From Chlorokybus atmophyticus (Eukaryota; Plantae; Mesostigma and Chlorokybus algae): 64,000 nucleotides of DNA. This document shows, piece after piece, positions 34,950 through 47,087 of the stretch; position 1 is the first letter of the stretch; each line of letters opens with the position of its first letter. The notes beneath the pieces were generated by a model. That model worked only from the letters and a program-made list of their open reading frames with translations, was not told where the DNA came from and did not search any database. The position numbers and the translations under genes were made by a program. Location of the stretch: positions 578,221 to 642,220 of the forward strand of contig RHPI01002090.1 of assembly GCA_009103225.1 (NCBI GenBank). The letters run 5' to 3'.

Positions 34950-37171
34950 TCATTCATGAAAGTAAGGATACACCTCCAGAGTGTCCTCTCCCTCTCTGAG
35001 CTTGCCATCTTTGTCATAGAACAGCGCACGATAGCACCACGCACAAAGGAAGGCGGGGTTCTCTGGCGCAAGGACCGCCCTGTGCGTGACACGTGAGGCT
35101 GCATGCACGCTGCAGACACTGCACTTGCGCTGACGAGGGCCCAGTAGAAAAGTCGTGTGGGGATACAACTCCACATGCTGCGGGTCAGAGGGATGCAGCA
35201 ACCTGTGTACAGGCAACTCGTTAAACAAGGTGGGACCTCTCAGTCCAAGTGGCAGGCAAAACCCGCTTGTGCAATAAGGCGTGGCTGTACCTAATGTCAT
35301 GAAACTCGATGGCGTGCTCGCAGTTGCCCTGGTGGCTATATAAATAGCGTCTGCCCGGCACAACGCGCATTCGCTCAAACACGCCTTCTTGCATGCTTGC
35401 AATACGCCACTCCTCGGATGTGGGTTGCTGCGCCTGGGCCCACTTCAATATCTCGCTCACCTCTAGGCATTCCCCTTGCACATAGAAGACCCCCTGTGAC
35501 ACAGATGCACAAGACAGTCCAACTCAAACCTCGCAGACACGCACATATCCGAAATTGCGGGCTACTCACCTCAATGAAGAAAAACGGCTGCGTGGGTTCA
35601 TTGTTGCCAGTGGAGATTATGCGTTCGCTGAGGCAGTACACTTTACGCTGCAAGTCCACCAGCGTCTGCGATCCAAGCACAAGGAACTCCTGGACCTTTC
35701 TGTTGAGCTGCCACGCGTGATGAAACGACACGGTCAGCACCACTTCAGTCGGGTCCACTTCCCGCAGTGCGACGGTGTCCTGAGCCGCGTGCACAAACTT
35801 GGATGCAACATTAAGAGGCGGCGCGCGCAACTTGCCCTCATCCATCCGACGCTTCTTCTCTCTGCATGCAAGCTGTTAATCCATGCAACTGTTCAAACAT
35901 TCTTGAAGGCAACACGCCCAACATTACTCACCTCAAGCAGCTGAGCGGTGCGGACGCCACGTCGCGTTCCCTTTGAGAGCGCAGGCTCGCAATCAGGCCG
36001 GGCCTTTCAACATCGGTGGCAACGAGGAGCAACTGCAAACACATCACATAGTTTAAGTCAACACTACATTCCAGGTTTCCTGCATGACTCCAAACATGCG
36101 TACCTCCACGTATTTGTCGATGGTCGCACGGACAGGCAGCATGCCGTGATTATTGCTATCCACAATAGGCAGCGCTTCAAGGGCGACCGCATTGATTGTA
36201 GGCACGCTTGGGATGTTGTTTTGCGCTTGCTGAGGCCGGTCAGCTGTCCCAGTGCACTGTGCTGTGTGCTGCCCACTATCAGGCAGTCTTGCATCAGCTC
36301 CCTGAGTATTTTTCTGCTTGCGTGTCCGGTCTGCACAATGTCACATCAGCAATGTGTACCAGTAACATATAAGACACCAGCAAACACCGCCTGCTAGCAC
36401 GCATGCAAGTGTTATGCGGTTATAACTTACCAGTCTGCTTGGCGGTTTGCTGATCAGATGCCTGTGCCCTAGCCTTGTGGGTCTGTGCAACATCCAACGT
36501 TGCTAAACAGCAGCTTTGCAGCACACGCAAACTGTAAGAGGGGGCACATATGCATGTGCGTTGCATTTGTGGCACTGTTTATGCTTGCTGACGAGCACCT
36601 CATACTCCCGCTGGATTACCGCCTTAAGTATCTCATCCATTGTGGGCGCCTTCAAGTCGTCTGCACTGCAATGCCGAAGGGGGATTGAAGCTTGGCCACA
36701 GCATACAATAACAAACGAAGCTGCAACCGAACACGAGTAAACTGCATGCACACACAGTGCACACACTACGAAACAATGCATGTGTGCAGGGTGTGCTTGT
36801 ACAATTGAAATAAAAGACAACGTATTTGCACTTCCACACACCTGACTTGCACACCTTCCTTCAGCAGCGTTTCAGCATCGAAGCTTGCGAGTGCATTGCT
36901 CAACTCCTGCGATTGCAGCTTCTTACGGCAAACCAGCGAGCAGCACGACACGCAAAGACGTGATGATCTGGAGAGAGAACCCTCCTCTTGGCCATACGCA
37001 TACCTGGACCATGGCGTGGCACTGCTGACGGAACTCGCCCACATGCACGGCGTCAGCAGCAGCGGCGTTGCCGCCCGCAGCAACCAGGGCGCCACTGCCG
37101 ACAGCCGCGCCACTGCTGGCGTTCCTCGGCCGCTTGCCGCCCCCTCCCCCGCCATCCTGCCTGCCCGCCAT
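34950..37171 (-). CDS. SNAPC3: snRNA-activating protein complex subunit 3 (SNAP50/SRD2 homologue), multi-exon
   Basis: EFLVLGSQTLVDLQRKVYCLSE, FFFIE, MRVVPGRRYLYSHQGNCEHAIEFHDIR, and a C-terminal zinc finger CSVC...PAFLCAWCYRALFYDKDGKL...VYPYFHE*. Start (MAGRQDGG, 37171) is inferred. Confidence 0.93.
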
Positions 37172-37613
37172 GGCCTGACTGAACCGTTGCAGTGCCAAGC
37201 AAAAGGCCAAGAAGCCTGACCAGGCCGAACACTGACTCACCACTGGCCTGGTGAGTCACCAGGCCACCGCACAAAGGCGCACATCCGGTATACCGCTGCG
37301 CCCTGGTGAGGTCTACCAGGCTAGATAGCCTAGCGTGAGGGATCGGGCGACTTGCGGCGGTGCGCCGCAAAGTGCATGCAAAGTCTGCATTGCAGAAAGC
37401 CTGCCTGTGTGATGCCCAGTGCAACAGCAGCAAGCTGAGCACAATGTGAGGAGGGCCTTGAGTGGAAGCCTGTGCATAATTTCAGGCAAAATCCGTCCCC
37501 TGTGTAGATGATTGAACACGTAATAGAAGCTTGGCTGTCCAGCTAGCCGGTTGCTTCTAGCTGCAAAGCATCCCTACTTTGCACCCAGCAGCCGCGTGTT
37601 ACAGCGACAGCCC

Positions 37614-39438
37614 ATGCCAATGGCCCTGGATCAGCAGGACGGCACGATGCTTTACCAAGGCGGGCCTGACAGCGAGGACGACGACAGAGTGCGACGCTAC
37701 TTGCAGCGCATTGGGTGAGTGAGCACTGACTCATCGTGTGCCTGCATGTAGGCTTACAGTTGCCAGCTGCCTGCTGTCACTGGTTCAAGCAATGTGATGT
37801 AGACAAGTTCATCATGCAGTGTCGTTTTGGAACTGTTCTGAGCAGTTGTGCAGCTACTCAGCCCTGACACCGCAGTTCTTGCATGATGGCTTTTGCAAGC
37901 GCTGTGTCAGTACACTGCTGTCCAAGATGCCTTTCGGGGTTGAACTAACAGAACAAACCACACTTTCGTTTGATCTACTGTCACGCTTGTAATCAAGCCC
38001 GGTCTTGTTTCAGGTGCGTGGACCTGGACCCTAAAGGCGTGCGAGCATTGAACAATCCAGCCAATGTCAACAGCAACGGAAGTCTTGATGGCATGAAGGT
38101 CGGCGATGAGAACGCGAGCTTGCGGCTGTTGGCACGACTACACTCCTCCCACCAGCTCACGGTACCCTTTGAAAACTTCAGGCGAGTAAGCATGCTTACA
38201 CTGCTTCGTGTGCCATGCGTGTTAGCGTGTGTGAGTCGCACATCCGAACAGCATATGCAGTGCTTTGCTCGGTTGAAGTTGTTGAATGCTGATATGTGTG
38301 ATTCGTCTCCAGTGTGCATTTGGGCGAGCCCATTAGCATGCAGGAGGATGCTGTGTTTGACAAAGTTGTGAGTCATCGCCGCGGTGGCTTCTGTTTTGAG
38401 GTAGGTGAGCATCAGTTCAGTTATGCTACATCATACTATTGGTAGATATTGCTGTTCTTCCCACAGGTTCTCTTGTGTTTGTTTCCAGTTGAACACAGCG
38501 TTTGCATGGTTGCTGTGGAGGCTTGGATACAGGGTCACATACCTATCTGGCGGCGTGTACTCCACCAACCAGAGTGGTCTGCCTGTTGACTTTGACCATG
38601 TGAGCTGGTTATGTCCGTATACTTTTCTACGCACATTTGACAAATGTGGATTTCTCCTTGATGACCTGCATGCGCATCAGATGATCTTGTTGGTTCGAGT
38701 GCGTGATCGGCGTATTCTATGTGATGTTGGATTTGGAAACAACTTTGAGGAGCCACTTGATATAGATACTGAAGCGGTCCAGGTAAAGAAAAGTTTGCAA
38801 TCACTGGTTACACGGCATCACTCGGAGCATTAAACGAAAAAGCAGTACTTGTTGACAGGTGCAGGGGCGAGCGAAACACCGCGTGGTGCAAGACAAGCCT
38901 GGCGAAGTGCATGCTGATCCCTCCTCAGTTTACAAGTGGCAGTACCATGGCGACACAGGTGGTGACCAGCCTGAAGGCGCAGCTTGTTGGCGCAGTGGCT
39001 ACTGGTTCTCACTGCAAGAGCGCCAGCCATCACAGTACTCGCAAGTAAGAGCTACACTTGCATTGTATGTGATTGAACCTTGCATGGATCAGCGTTGATC
39101 GGATATCATCTTTGAGCGTACTGCTGCGTCAACAGTGTCATCTTTGTGCAACGCACAAGCATGGGAGGTGGGGGTTAAGCGCTTCCAAACCCATGAACAT
39201 TGATGCTGCTCAGATGCTTCTTTTTCATATGGCGTCCATATCTTCATCCATGGTGAAGCGCGGGCGCATGGCAAGCATCAGGCGTCACGGAGCTCGCGAG
39301 GATGGTGTGGAGCGCGTGACCGTGTCGGAGCGTAAAGTGACCACCACCACGTGGGGCCTTCGCGTGACGGTGTGTTGGTGCGGGTGCAAAGTGATGCGCA
39401 TGATCACTTGGTCACCAGTTTGGGGAGCGATGTTGTAA
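37614..39438 (+). CDS. Arylamine N-acetyltransferase family protein, multi-exon
   Basis: YLQRIG, HQLTVPFENF/SVHLGE (needs a GC-AG intron, donor AG|GCGAGT at 38182), RRGGFCFELN (Cys 38392-38394), FDH (His 38597-38599), LCDVGFG (Asp 38723-38725): complete Cys-His-Asp triad. The 3' end is uncertain. Confidence 0.92.
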
Positions 39439-39511
39439 TGCCGTAACTGTACAGGAAGGTGAGCTTGCACCTGGCCAGCGTTTTACCTCTGCCATCAAAG
39501 ACTATTTCAGC

Positions 39512-40542
39512 ATGGATGTACCGGACCTCATCATCAGAGACATGCAGCCCTCCGACAATAAGGTATTGCACTTTTTAATTGCTTTAACTAAGCTTGTTGC
39601 TATGAAAAAAAAAAAAAAAAGAATTAGAGACGTGCAAGTAACTCAACTCAAGCAAGCATGCCCATGTCGTGTGGTTGATGAAGGCTCTGCGGCGCATATG
39701 GACGAAGCTTCTCCCGAACCAAGCCCGACGATATGCTTCACCCGCCAACACAGCGTTTGTGGCCGCAGGGTTTGTAAGCTACGTTGCTATCACTGCCGGT
39801 AGGTAAGAGAGATAATGCATTGTTCTTGGGAAGTTGTCTCCATCATCTTCAAATGACACATTCAAGTGTTACATATACACATTTCAGGCGGCCAGCAGCA
39901 GCAGCTGTAGCAATTGTAGCGTTCTCTGCGGTGGCGTGGTTTCTCCCGCGTGTGGTTCTCAGCGAAAGACTCACCGCCAACGTCATCGACCCCATGAGAG
40001 CCTTGCAGGTGCGTACAACGCTGGTTGCAGTCACACTATGCCTTAGGAGACATCACGTACAGGAGGGGTTTAATGCCATGTGTGCGTGTAATGGTGCAGC
40101 TGGTGCAAAGCAGGGATGCCTCAGGCACTGGTGAGAGCGAAAGGCGACGAGTGCTGGTAGCAGAACTCGATGGCGAAGTGCAGGGCACTGTGGCATTGCA
40201 GCTTAAAACGAATGCTGAAACAGAAGAGTTGGAATTAGTACGCGGCCAACACCCTGTCCTCATTGTGCACGTTGGCGTAACTTTTGTAAATTGGCAGCCT
40301 GACTGTAGTGTGTGCTGCAGGTCTGCACCTGGTTGCGGGTGGCGCCAGGAGCTCGCGGCCGCGGCCTTGCGCAAGCATTGATGACAGTAACGGAGCGGTG
40401 GGGCCGCTGGGAGAAGGCGCTCAGACTAGTTGTTGTCACCCTGAACCCTGCAATTGCGCGCTTCTGCACAAATGCAGGGTTTGCACGCGAGTCCTGGCAA
40501 CTTAGCAGGGGCAGGAAACGGCGGTTCAGTAAACAGTTGTAA
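39512..40542 (+). CDS. GNAT-family N-acetyltransferase with an internal hydrophobic segment (NAT8/Camello-like layout)
   Basis: LIIRDMQPSD, hydrophobic AAAAVAIVAFSAVAWFLP, VLVAELDGEVQGTVAL, acetyl-CoA motif A LRVAPGARGRGLAQALM, and A.RF...AGF. About 5 exons. Confidence 0.85.
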
Positions 40543-40799
40543 CATAGCACGGGTAACTTCTGCACCAGTATGTATGCAGAATGTGCTTGCGCGGCTTGAT
40601 TGGCGTGTATACACGTTTGCTTCGTTCAGTTGTCGATGTTGAACATGTGTGGGCAACTTGGCACTGGTAGCTAGAAAGGCGGAACATAGTCATTTGTTTG
40701 GAAACCTTTCAAATGCACACTATGTGTGCAGTGTTGGAGTGGCGTTGTGGTAACATCACCTTATTATACTTTTGCACAACACTTACATGTACATTGCTC

Positions 40800-42200
40800 C
40801 TTGTGCATCCATGGTGACCAGTAATGAGGTCAGATGATTGTTATATGTCCGTCAACACCAAAGCTTGTTCTTAGTAATGTAGGCAAGACTTGAAAACATG
40901 CGTGTCATACTCCGTAATAAAGATTCGTTTGCATCGTTGCGCGCAAACTCTTTATAATACAAATTTTCGAGAAATATCTTGACTTGTTTCTCAACGTCAA
41001 GAATATAAAAGTTATGACGTGTCATACATACTGTGTTTAAAGAACATAGGACAAACAATTTACATTGCTATTCACACAGCATGAATGAATATTGCACATG
41101 TAAAAAGGCTTGTATGAATTTAATGATGTGTACATTGCTATCAGTTTTAAAAAAGGCGCAAGTTTATAAATATCATCCTTGCATATACAACGTTATCCTT
41201 TCCAGTGCCACCTATTCATGAATAAGATAATTGATGTTGCTAATTTCACATACACATGGCAGTGTGGAATTCAGCTTGCTTACACCTATATCATTGCTAG
41301 CAACGGGGAGCTCCCTGTCGAAGAATACAATTGCAATTAAAGGCGAAGGTAGGGGGGAAGGAGGCAATCATGGGGAATAGAACATTGCAACTAATTTTTG
41401 TTATCAGCAGGATCGCAACCTCAGATTATGCTTGTATTGTATTTGAGAAAATGATAGTTTATACTAGTTAGTTAGTAACCGTAAACGTAAATGTGTCCGT
41501 AATTGTCATGAGCTAGATCACATAACTCGTAACATCATATGTGATTTTCCTATACATGAAACTTCCTTCATGTAATTGCTCTTGTGATATGCTCTGTTGT
41601 CGTATAGAGTGCTCTCAATCAACTGATTGAAAGCACTCTGTACGTCAACAGAGCATATTATAGTGCAATAGTGTGCATATTTCACAAATACAACAGCATG
41701 GTCCTCTATGCGGGGCAACCTTCATGGGTAATTACAGCGATATTGACAATGATGCATATGCGATGTTTAAGCAATTACTCATTGCGTAACAATGTTAATA
41801 GTGCATATGTTATATCAACATAGGTACACAGTGTATGTACATGTTCTTCGCTCCCTCTGCAAGCACACCCCCTCTTCCTACTCCTCGCAGCCTTTGTCTA
41901 TCCGATCTGCTTGCATTACCAGATTTTGCATGAACTTTAGCGCCAGCCCCCTGCTTGTAATTGTTGTATGTAACTACCTACCTTGTGTTAATGCTTATGA
42001 CATGATAACTTGCGTGTGCGTGTGTGCTGTTGAGCGAGTGAATATCTTTCATCTCTTGATGTATATGATGTTTGGTTGTTTGATAGATGTGGGTGTATGT
42101 GTTGATATATACAATAATGTTGCAACATGTTCAGTTGCAAAAAGGACCAAGCGTTCGTGAAGTATACTACCGGTAACATGCTCAACATCTTCCTTGGACG
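40800..42200 (-). pseudogene. AT-rich decayed transposase-like remnant (possibly CACTA-type)
   Basis: Fragments PFYMCNIHSCC and FYILDVEKQVKIFLENLYYKEF, plus a Cys/His cluster near 42000-42130. Many stops; composition shifts sharply to AT-rich. Confidence 0.3.
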
Positions 42201-44295
42201 GCACGCCGTCTACAGGCGATGGCGGTTAGTAAATACAAAGAATTAACGGTAGCAGTTGCCCTAGCCTACCTAATACACGACTTAACACAAGTAAGTGTTA
42301 ATACCACATTTTTTAATACCGCAGGTACATCCGGAAGTGAAGGTCGGTCATCGGCTGACCGTGTGTACAACGGTCGGTCCGTCTAAGACTTAGACTGACC
42401 ATAGAACATTAACTCCGGCTAACGGAACGGTCTTGGAGGCTACACTTGTCCAATTACATGTTCCTTAATACCTAATCAAGCAATACTCATGTCCAAGTTT
42501 ATACTGTCTCACTTTACAATATTAACTCACATCACATACATTGCAAGGAGTCTACTACATGCTTAAGTGCCTATCACTGAATTGTATGCATATATGATAT
42601 GCATATGTACGAATATAAGAATTTTAATATATATGTGCATATATCAATGCATTTATGATATGTTTATAGCTCAAACAAATTACGCCATGTATGCATATTC
42701 ACTTGATTGCTGGTAACTTTCTTATTGACCCAGTAATTTCTTATAGATGAATCATGATGATTCTAGCATAAATTTACAAGTATTAATATTATATACATCC
42801 TTGGAGAGATTACATCAATCCTTAACATTAAAATGGTTAAAACACAACAAATGTGACCTTTTACGGTGAGTAACATAAGTATGGATGTTTGCATATATAA
42901 AGCATAATCAAATACTCTAAGCGCGCAAAGCGCGCACGCTTTTTCACATTTTATGTAATAAAGTCATCAGTTATGCCTTTATTTAATCTGATGAATCACT
43001 CTGCTTATTAAATATTTATCGATAATAAAGTGTGTAACAGAGATGCAAGACTTGACTGCGACTTGCTGCTTTTAGGTGCTTGTCGCTTCATAACACACAA
43101 CTTTCATCAACCGTTGATACACATAATAATGGTATTGTATGCTTAAGTCGTTTATAGTTATTATACATAAGCATTATAAGCTACATTATAAACACATCCT
43201 ATGTGTGCGCGTAGCGCGCAAACCCATGCACATCTTACGTGTCTAGACCTCAGATATGTTTTACATTGGCTGCTTCCTTACTAGTTTTTCGGAGGGTTGA
43301 CAAGGAAAAAACCTTTTTGTTCTTATGCGCAAAGCGCGTAAACTTTTTGCAAATATTATATATTAAAATGCATCACATTTGCTTTTGAGTTATCTGATTC
43401 TCATACATTTGTAAGCAATATGTTGATGAAATGCATGTATGCAGTCTTGCAAGAGTGAACCACAACTTATCACCATATTTAAATGTGATATTTGATATGT
43501 GAATTATACATATTCATCGTATTGATATTGTATTTATTTAAAGCATATTACTTGCTTATATATGTAGTTATGTATATTTGAATATGTACATATTGTACAA
43601 GCGATATTGGGACAAAAAAGTATTGTTTTGAAGATTGTGCAGAATGCAAGCATATCGTATCAATTCGAAATGCATCGCGTTTTTAGCGTACTTGGCAAGT
43701 ATGGTTATCATGCATGTTTTAGTGAGAAGCAACTTGACCGCGACTGCTTGCTGCCACAAGAAGTTACCGCAATCACGTGCAAATGTTAATGTGACATCCC
43801 TCGATTGTCAATTAATGTCGTAATACAAGCGGCGGTCATCAGCTGGACAATTCGAACACATTAATTATGTCCACAACAACCTTGCAATCGGCGCGTGAGT
43901 GCACTCGTTGAATACGAGCTTCGTTGCAGAGTTGCTTGTTTTCCTCAAAACTTTGGGGCCCAACGCTGAATTCACTCGAAATTGGGCCCGAAATCCTCAA
44001 TATCAACCTATACACGTATCAGGGGCGTTGTACGTGCCTAATAGTAACACAGATCAGGGCGTTGGATGACGGAGTTAGGGACTGCTGAATCCGTTTATCC
44101 ACTTGACGCCTACCCGCCATAGGCTACGCTGGGCGGCCCGCAGCAGGCAACCTTTGACACAACCCTTTGGCGCAATCGGTGCTCTGACAGTCAGGATAGC
44201 GCAGCGTCCACGCTGGCAGGCGCAACAGATGTCACTCCCAGCTGTGATATCAGCACCCGCAAGCGCGCAGCACCTGCCGACATCACGCACAGCGC

Positions 44296-44328
44296 GCCAC
44301 GTCAGATCTCCACTGCCCACTCACGTCA
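44296..44328 (+). promoter_or_regulatory. Two CACGTCA (G-box/hex-like) motifs upstream of psbR
   Basis: GCCACGTCA at 44296-44304 and TCACGTCA at 44321-44328, ~210-240 bp before the ATG. Function inferred only. Confidence 0.3.
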
Positions 44329-44538
44329 GCATCCGGATATCGACTCCAGCCGCTTTTTCTTCCCAAGATCTCTGCTGCTGTGACATTAGTATCGCAATAA
44401 CAATTTCCCCGGCAAAAAGCAAGAACGGAGAGACCCATATAAAGTGGCTTGGCTGCCTGCATGGTGTCAGTGTGCTCAACGGCGTGGCTCCGAAGCGTGG
44501 CGGTGTAGTGCACAGAGTGTGTAAAGGTTTGGAACACG

Positions 44539-45791
44539 ATGGCGGCCACGGTTATGGGTCTCCCTGCTCTTTCCCCTGCGGTGAGCACTAGGGAGATAAT
44601 GCCGGCGTATGTTGGTGTTGGAGCATGCAATGCCTGCACCCATGCATGCAATGCTTCGGTTGCATAGCTGGGGTTTCAAGCTGCTGGAGGACTGCTCAGT
44701 GATAGCATCAGTTGTAGGCGCCTGATCAATGTTGCTGACCAACATCTTTTCCCTGTCCTGCAGTCAACTTTGAAGAGCGACTTCCATGGCACTTCTCTCC
44801 GTGCCAAGCAGGCGTCTCGCCCCCAGGTTCAGGCGGCCGGTCCCCTGCGAGTGACAGCTGCTCAGAACCCTCTCAAGCGACTCTTCAGCATCCCCGACGT
44901 ACGTGATGCTCAGATCTTGCACAGCACTAGCTCGCTTCATGCAGCGCCGCAGTAGTATTACTTGAGCCGTTGACTTATTGGTAGAACGTGCGTGATCTGT
45001 GTGCAGAGACCAAACCCCGGTGCGCGGGTGAAGTCTTCCGACACCAAGGAGAAGAAGGGCAAGGCCGCTGGAGGAGGTGAGCTTCCAACACCTTCATGCA
45101 TATTTAGCTCTCATCTAGCATTGGTTTGTGGAGATGGTTTGCGTGCAAAGGCAGTGTCTTGTAGGCTAATGTCTTCTGTGCATGTCCCAGGCAGTAACTA
45201 CACTCAGGTCCCCCCTTACCGCCCTCCCGGCCGTGAGGTTAAGAAGCGTAAGTGGCATTGACAGTTGTGAAGCCTCTTGCAATGCAACGACAAAAGTGTC
45301 GACAACGTCTGTGGAAGGATTTTTACAATGTGCCTCAATGTACAGAAAAGGCTGCATTCAAGCTGGGTGGCGGCCCCCTGGCTGAGATCCCCCGCGCTGC
45401 AAGATATCCCGGCAACATCCCCGGTGCCCCCTCCAACACCCCCGACCCCACCAACAAGAACTGGAAGGATGCCTCAGGCCGTGCTGGCACGGTAATTGTT
45501 CAACGTGCAATGTCCACCTTATGTTACTGAAAAACAGTGTTATGCTACGCAAGCAAGTCAGTGGTTTGTCTCCGACACGTCCATTTGTGACAGGGCAAGG
45601 GTGTGTACCGCTTCCGCAAGAAGTACGATGGCAATGTTGACGAGTACTCCCCTATCTGGACCCCAGAGACATGGTCTGATGGTGGTGAGGTGTACCAGCC
45701 GGGTGTTGCGGGACTGGCGGCTTGGGCTTTAGTGCTTACGGCGGTTCTCAGCTTCGGCGCATATGCCATCATCTCCACCTCGGCTGTTTAG
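44539..45791 (+). CDS. psbR: Photosystem II subunit R precursor with an extended N-terminal region (~215 aa, 6 exons)
   Basis: Exons 44539-44580, 44764-44898, 45007-45076, 45191-45247, 45346-45491, 45594-45791, frame-consistent (648 nt). Transit peptide MAATVMGLPALSPASTLKSDFHG...LRVTAA. C-terminus GKGVYRFRKKYDGNVDEYSPIWTPETWSDGGEVYQPGVAGLAAWA... is the PsbR signature with one TM helix. Confidence 0.93.
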
Positions 45792-46467
45792 ACAGTTGCT
45801 GAGATACACATCCCCACCGCCCAATCTAGTTTGCACAACTTGTATGATTTTGTACAGACCCCTCACCGTGTGTAGAGCCTTGGGCCAGTGTAGTGCTAGA
45901 TGAAGTTTGTAAGACATTGCTGGCAATGGACTCGCTGGCTTGTATCACCTTGTGACGCAATATCATCACGCTTCCAGCACCTTGGGTCACTTGCTTCAGC
46001 CTATGTTTATTGCTTGCGGATATTATGCAAGCAGAGTTTGCAGTCTGTAAAATGCGTTTCTAGTCTGTAACATACTTCCGCTGCTGTCGATTGGGATTCT
46101 GCTCCCTGCAACACCAGGCGTTATTTACACATGCATACACTTCTGCTGCACATATTGTGCATGATGTAAACTTGGTTACTTGGCTGCCATTGTTTGCTCC
46201 AACAAGTAGACAGTGACACATCAGTGCGATGTGTGATTATGCAGGTGATGTCCGCAGCTGCTGCTTGCCTGCCACAGCAATCCCACTGCCACAACTTCTA
46301 GAAGAGGCGGAGGAGGGAAGGATGAAAATGGAGTAACTGTCTGCGTGGTATCATGCGTCAATAATACCACCATTGTGATTACTGCCTTTGTCGAATCATT
46401 GACGTCAACTACTTCCGGCAAATTGCTCAGTGACGCCGTTTGCACAGGCGAGGGATGATGACCTTGC

Positions 46468-46857
46468 TGATGCCTTGCTAGGTGCCGAGGAATCCACATG
46501 CCGCCACTGCTTTCAAAGGTAACCTCTTGACTGTCTTCACTAGTCAGCCTGCGAAGTTTATTCACAAACGTGTTTTGCTTGCTACCTCACTCAGTGTGCT
46601 AGTGTACATGCTGTATGCTTTTGTGTATCATGCAAGTCAGATGTACAGTCTTGCCCACAGTATGATGCCTTGCTAGGTGCCGAGGCATCCACATGCCGCC
46701 ACTGCTTTCAAAGGTAACCTCTTGACTGTCTTCACTAGTCAGCCTGCGAAGTTTATTCACAAACGTGTTTTGCTTGCTACCTCACTCAGTGTGCTAGTGT
46801 ACATGCTGTATGCTTTTGTGTATCATGCAAGTCAGATGTACAGTGTTGCCCACAGTA
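46468..46857. repeat. Tandem duplication, 2 x 195 bp
   Basis: 46468-46662 vs 46663-46857, two substitutions seen (GGAATCC/GGCATCC, AGTCTTG/AGTGTTG). Confidence 0.95.
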
Positions 46858-47087
46858 CGTAATGCACAATGAATTCATTGCAACATGTCCCCTTACACGA
46901 CTTAATAAGACGATCAAGTTGAAGTCCAAACAAGAATACCGAACTTATCAGCTTGTATTGTGTAACAATTGGGAAACGTGGATAACATCTGCAATCATGC
47001 AATGTTTGCATTGTTGAAACATAAACTGGTAGTTGATGTAGTATCACGCAAGCTTGCAACACAATACAAATTGACTTGCATATTGTT

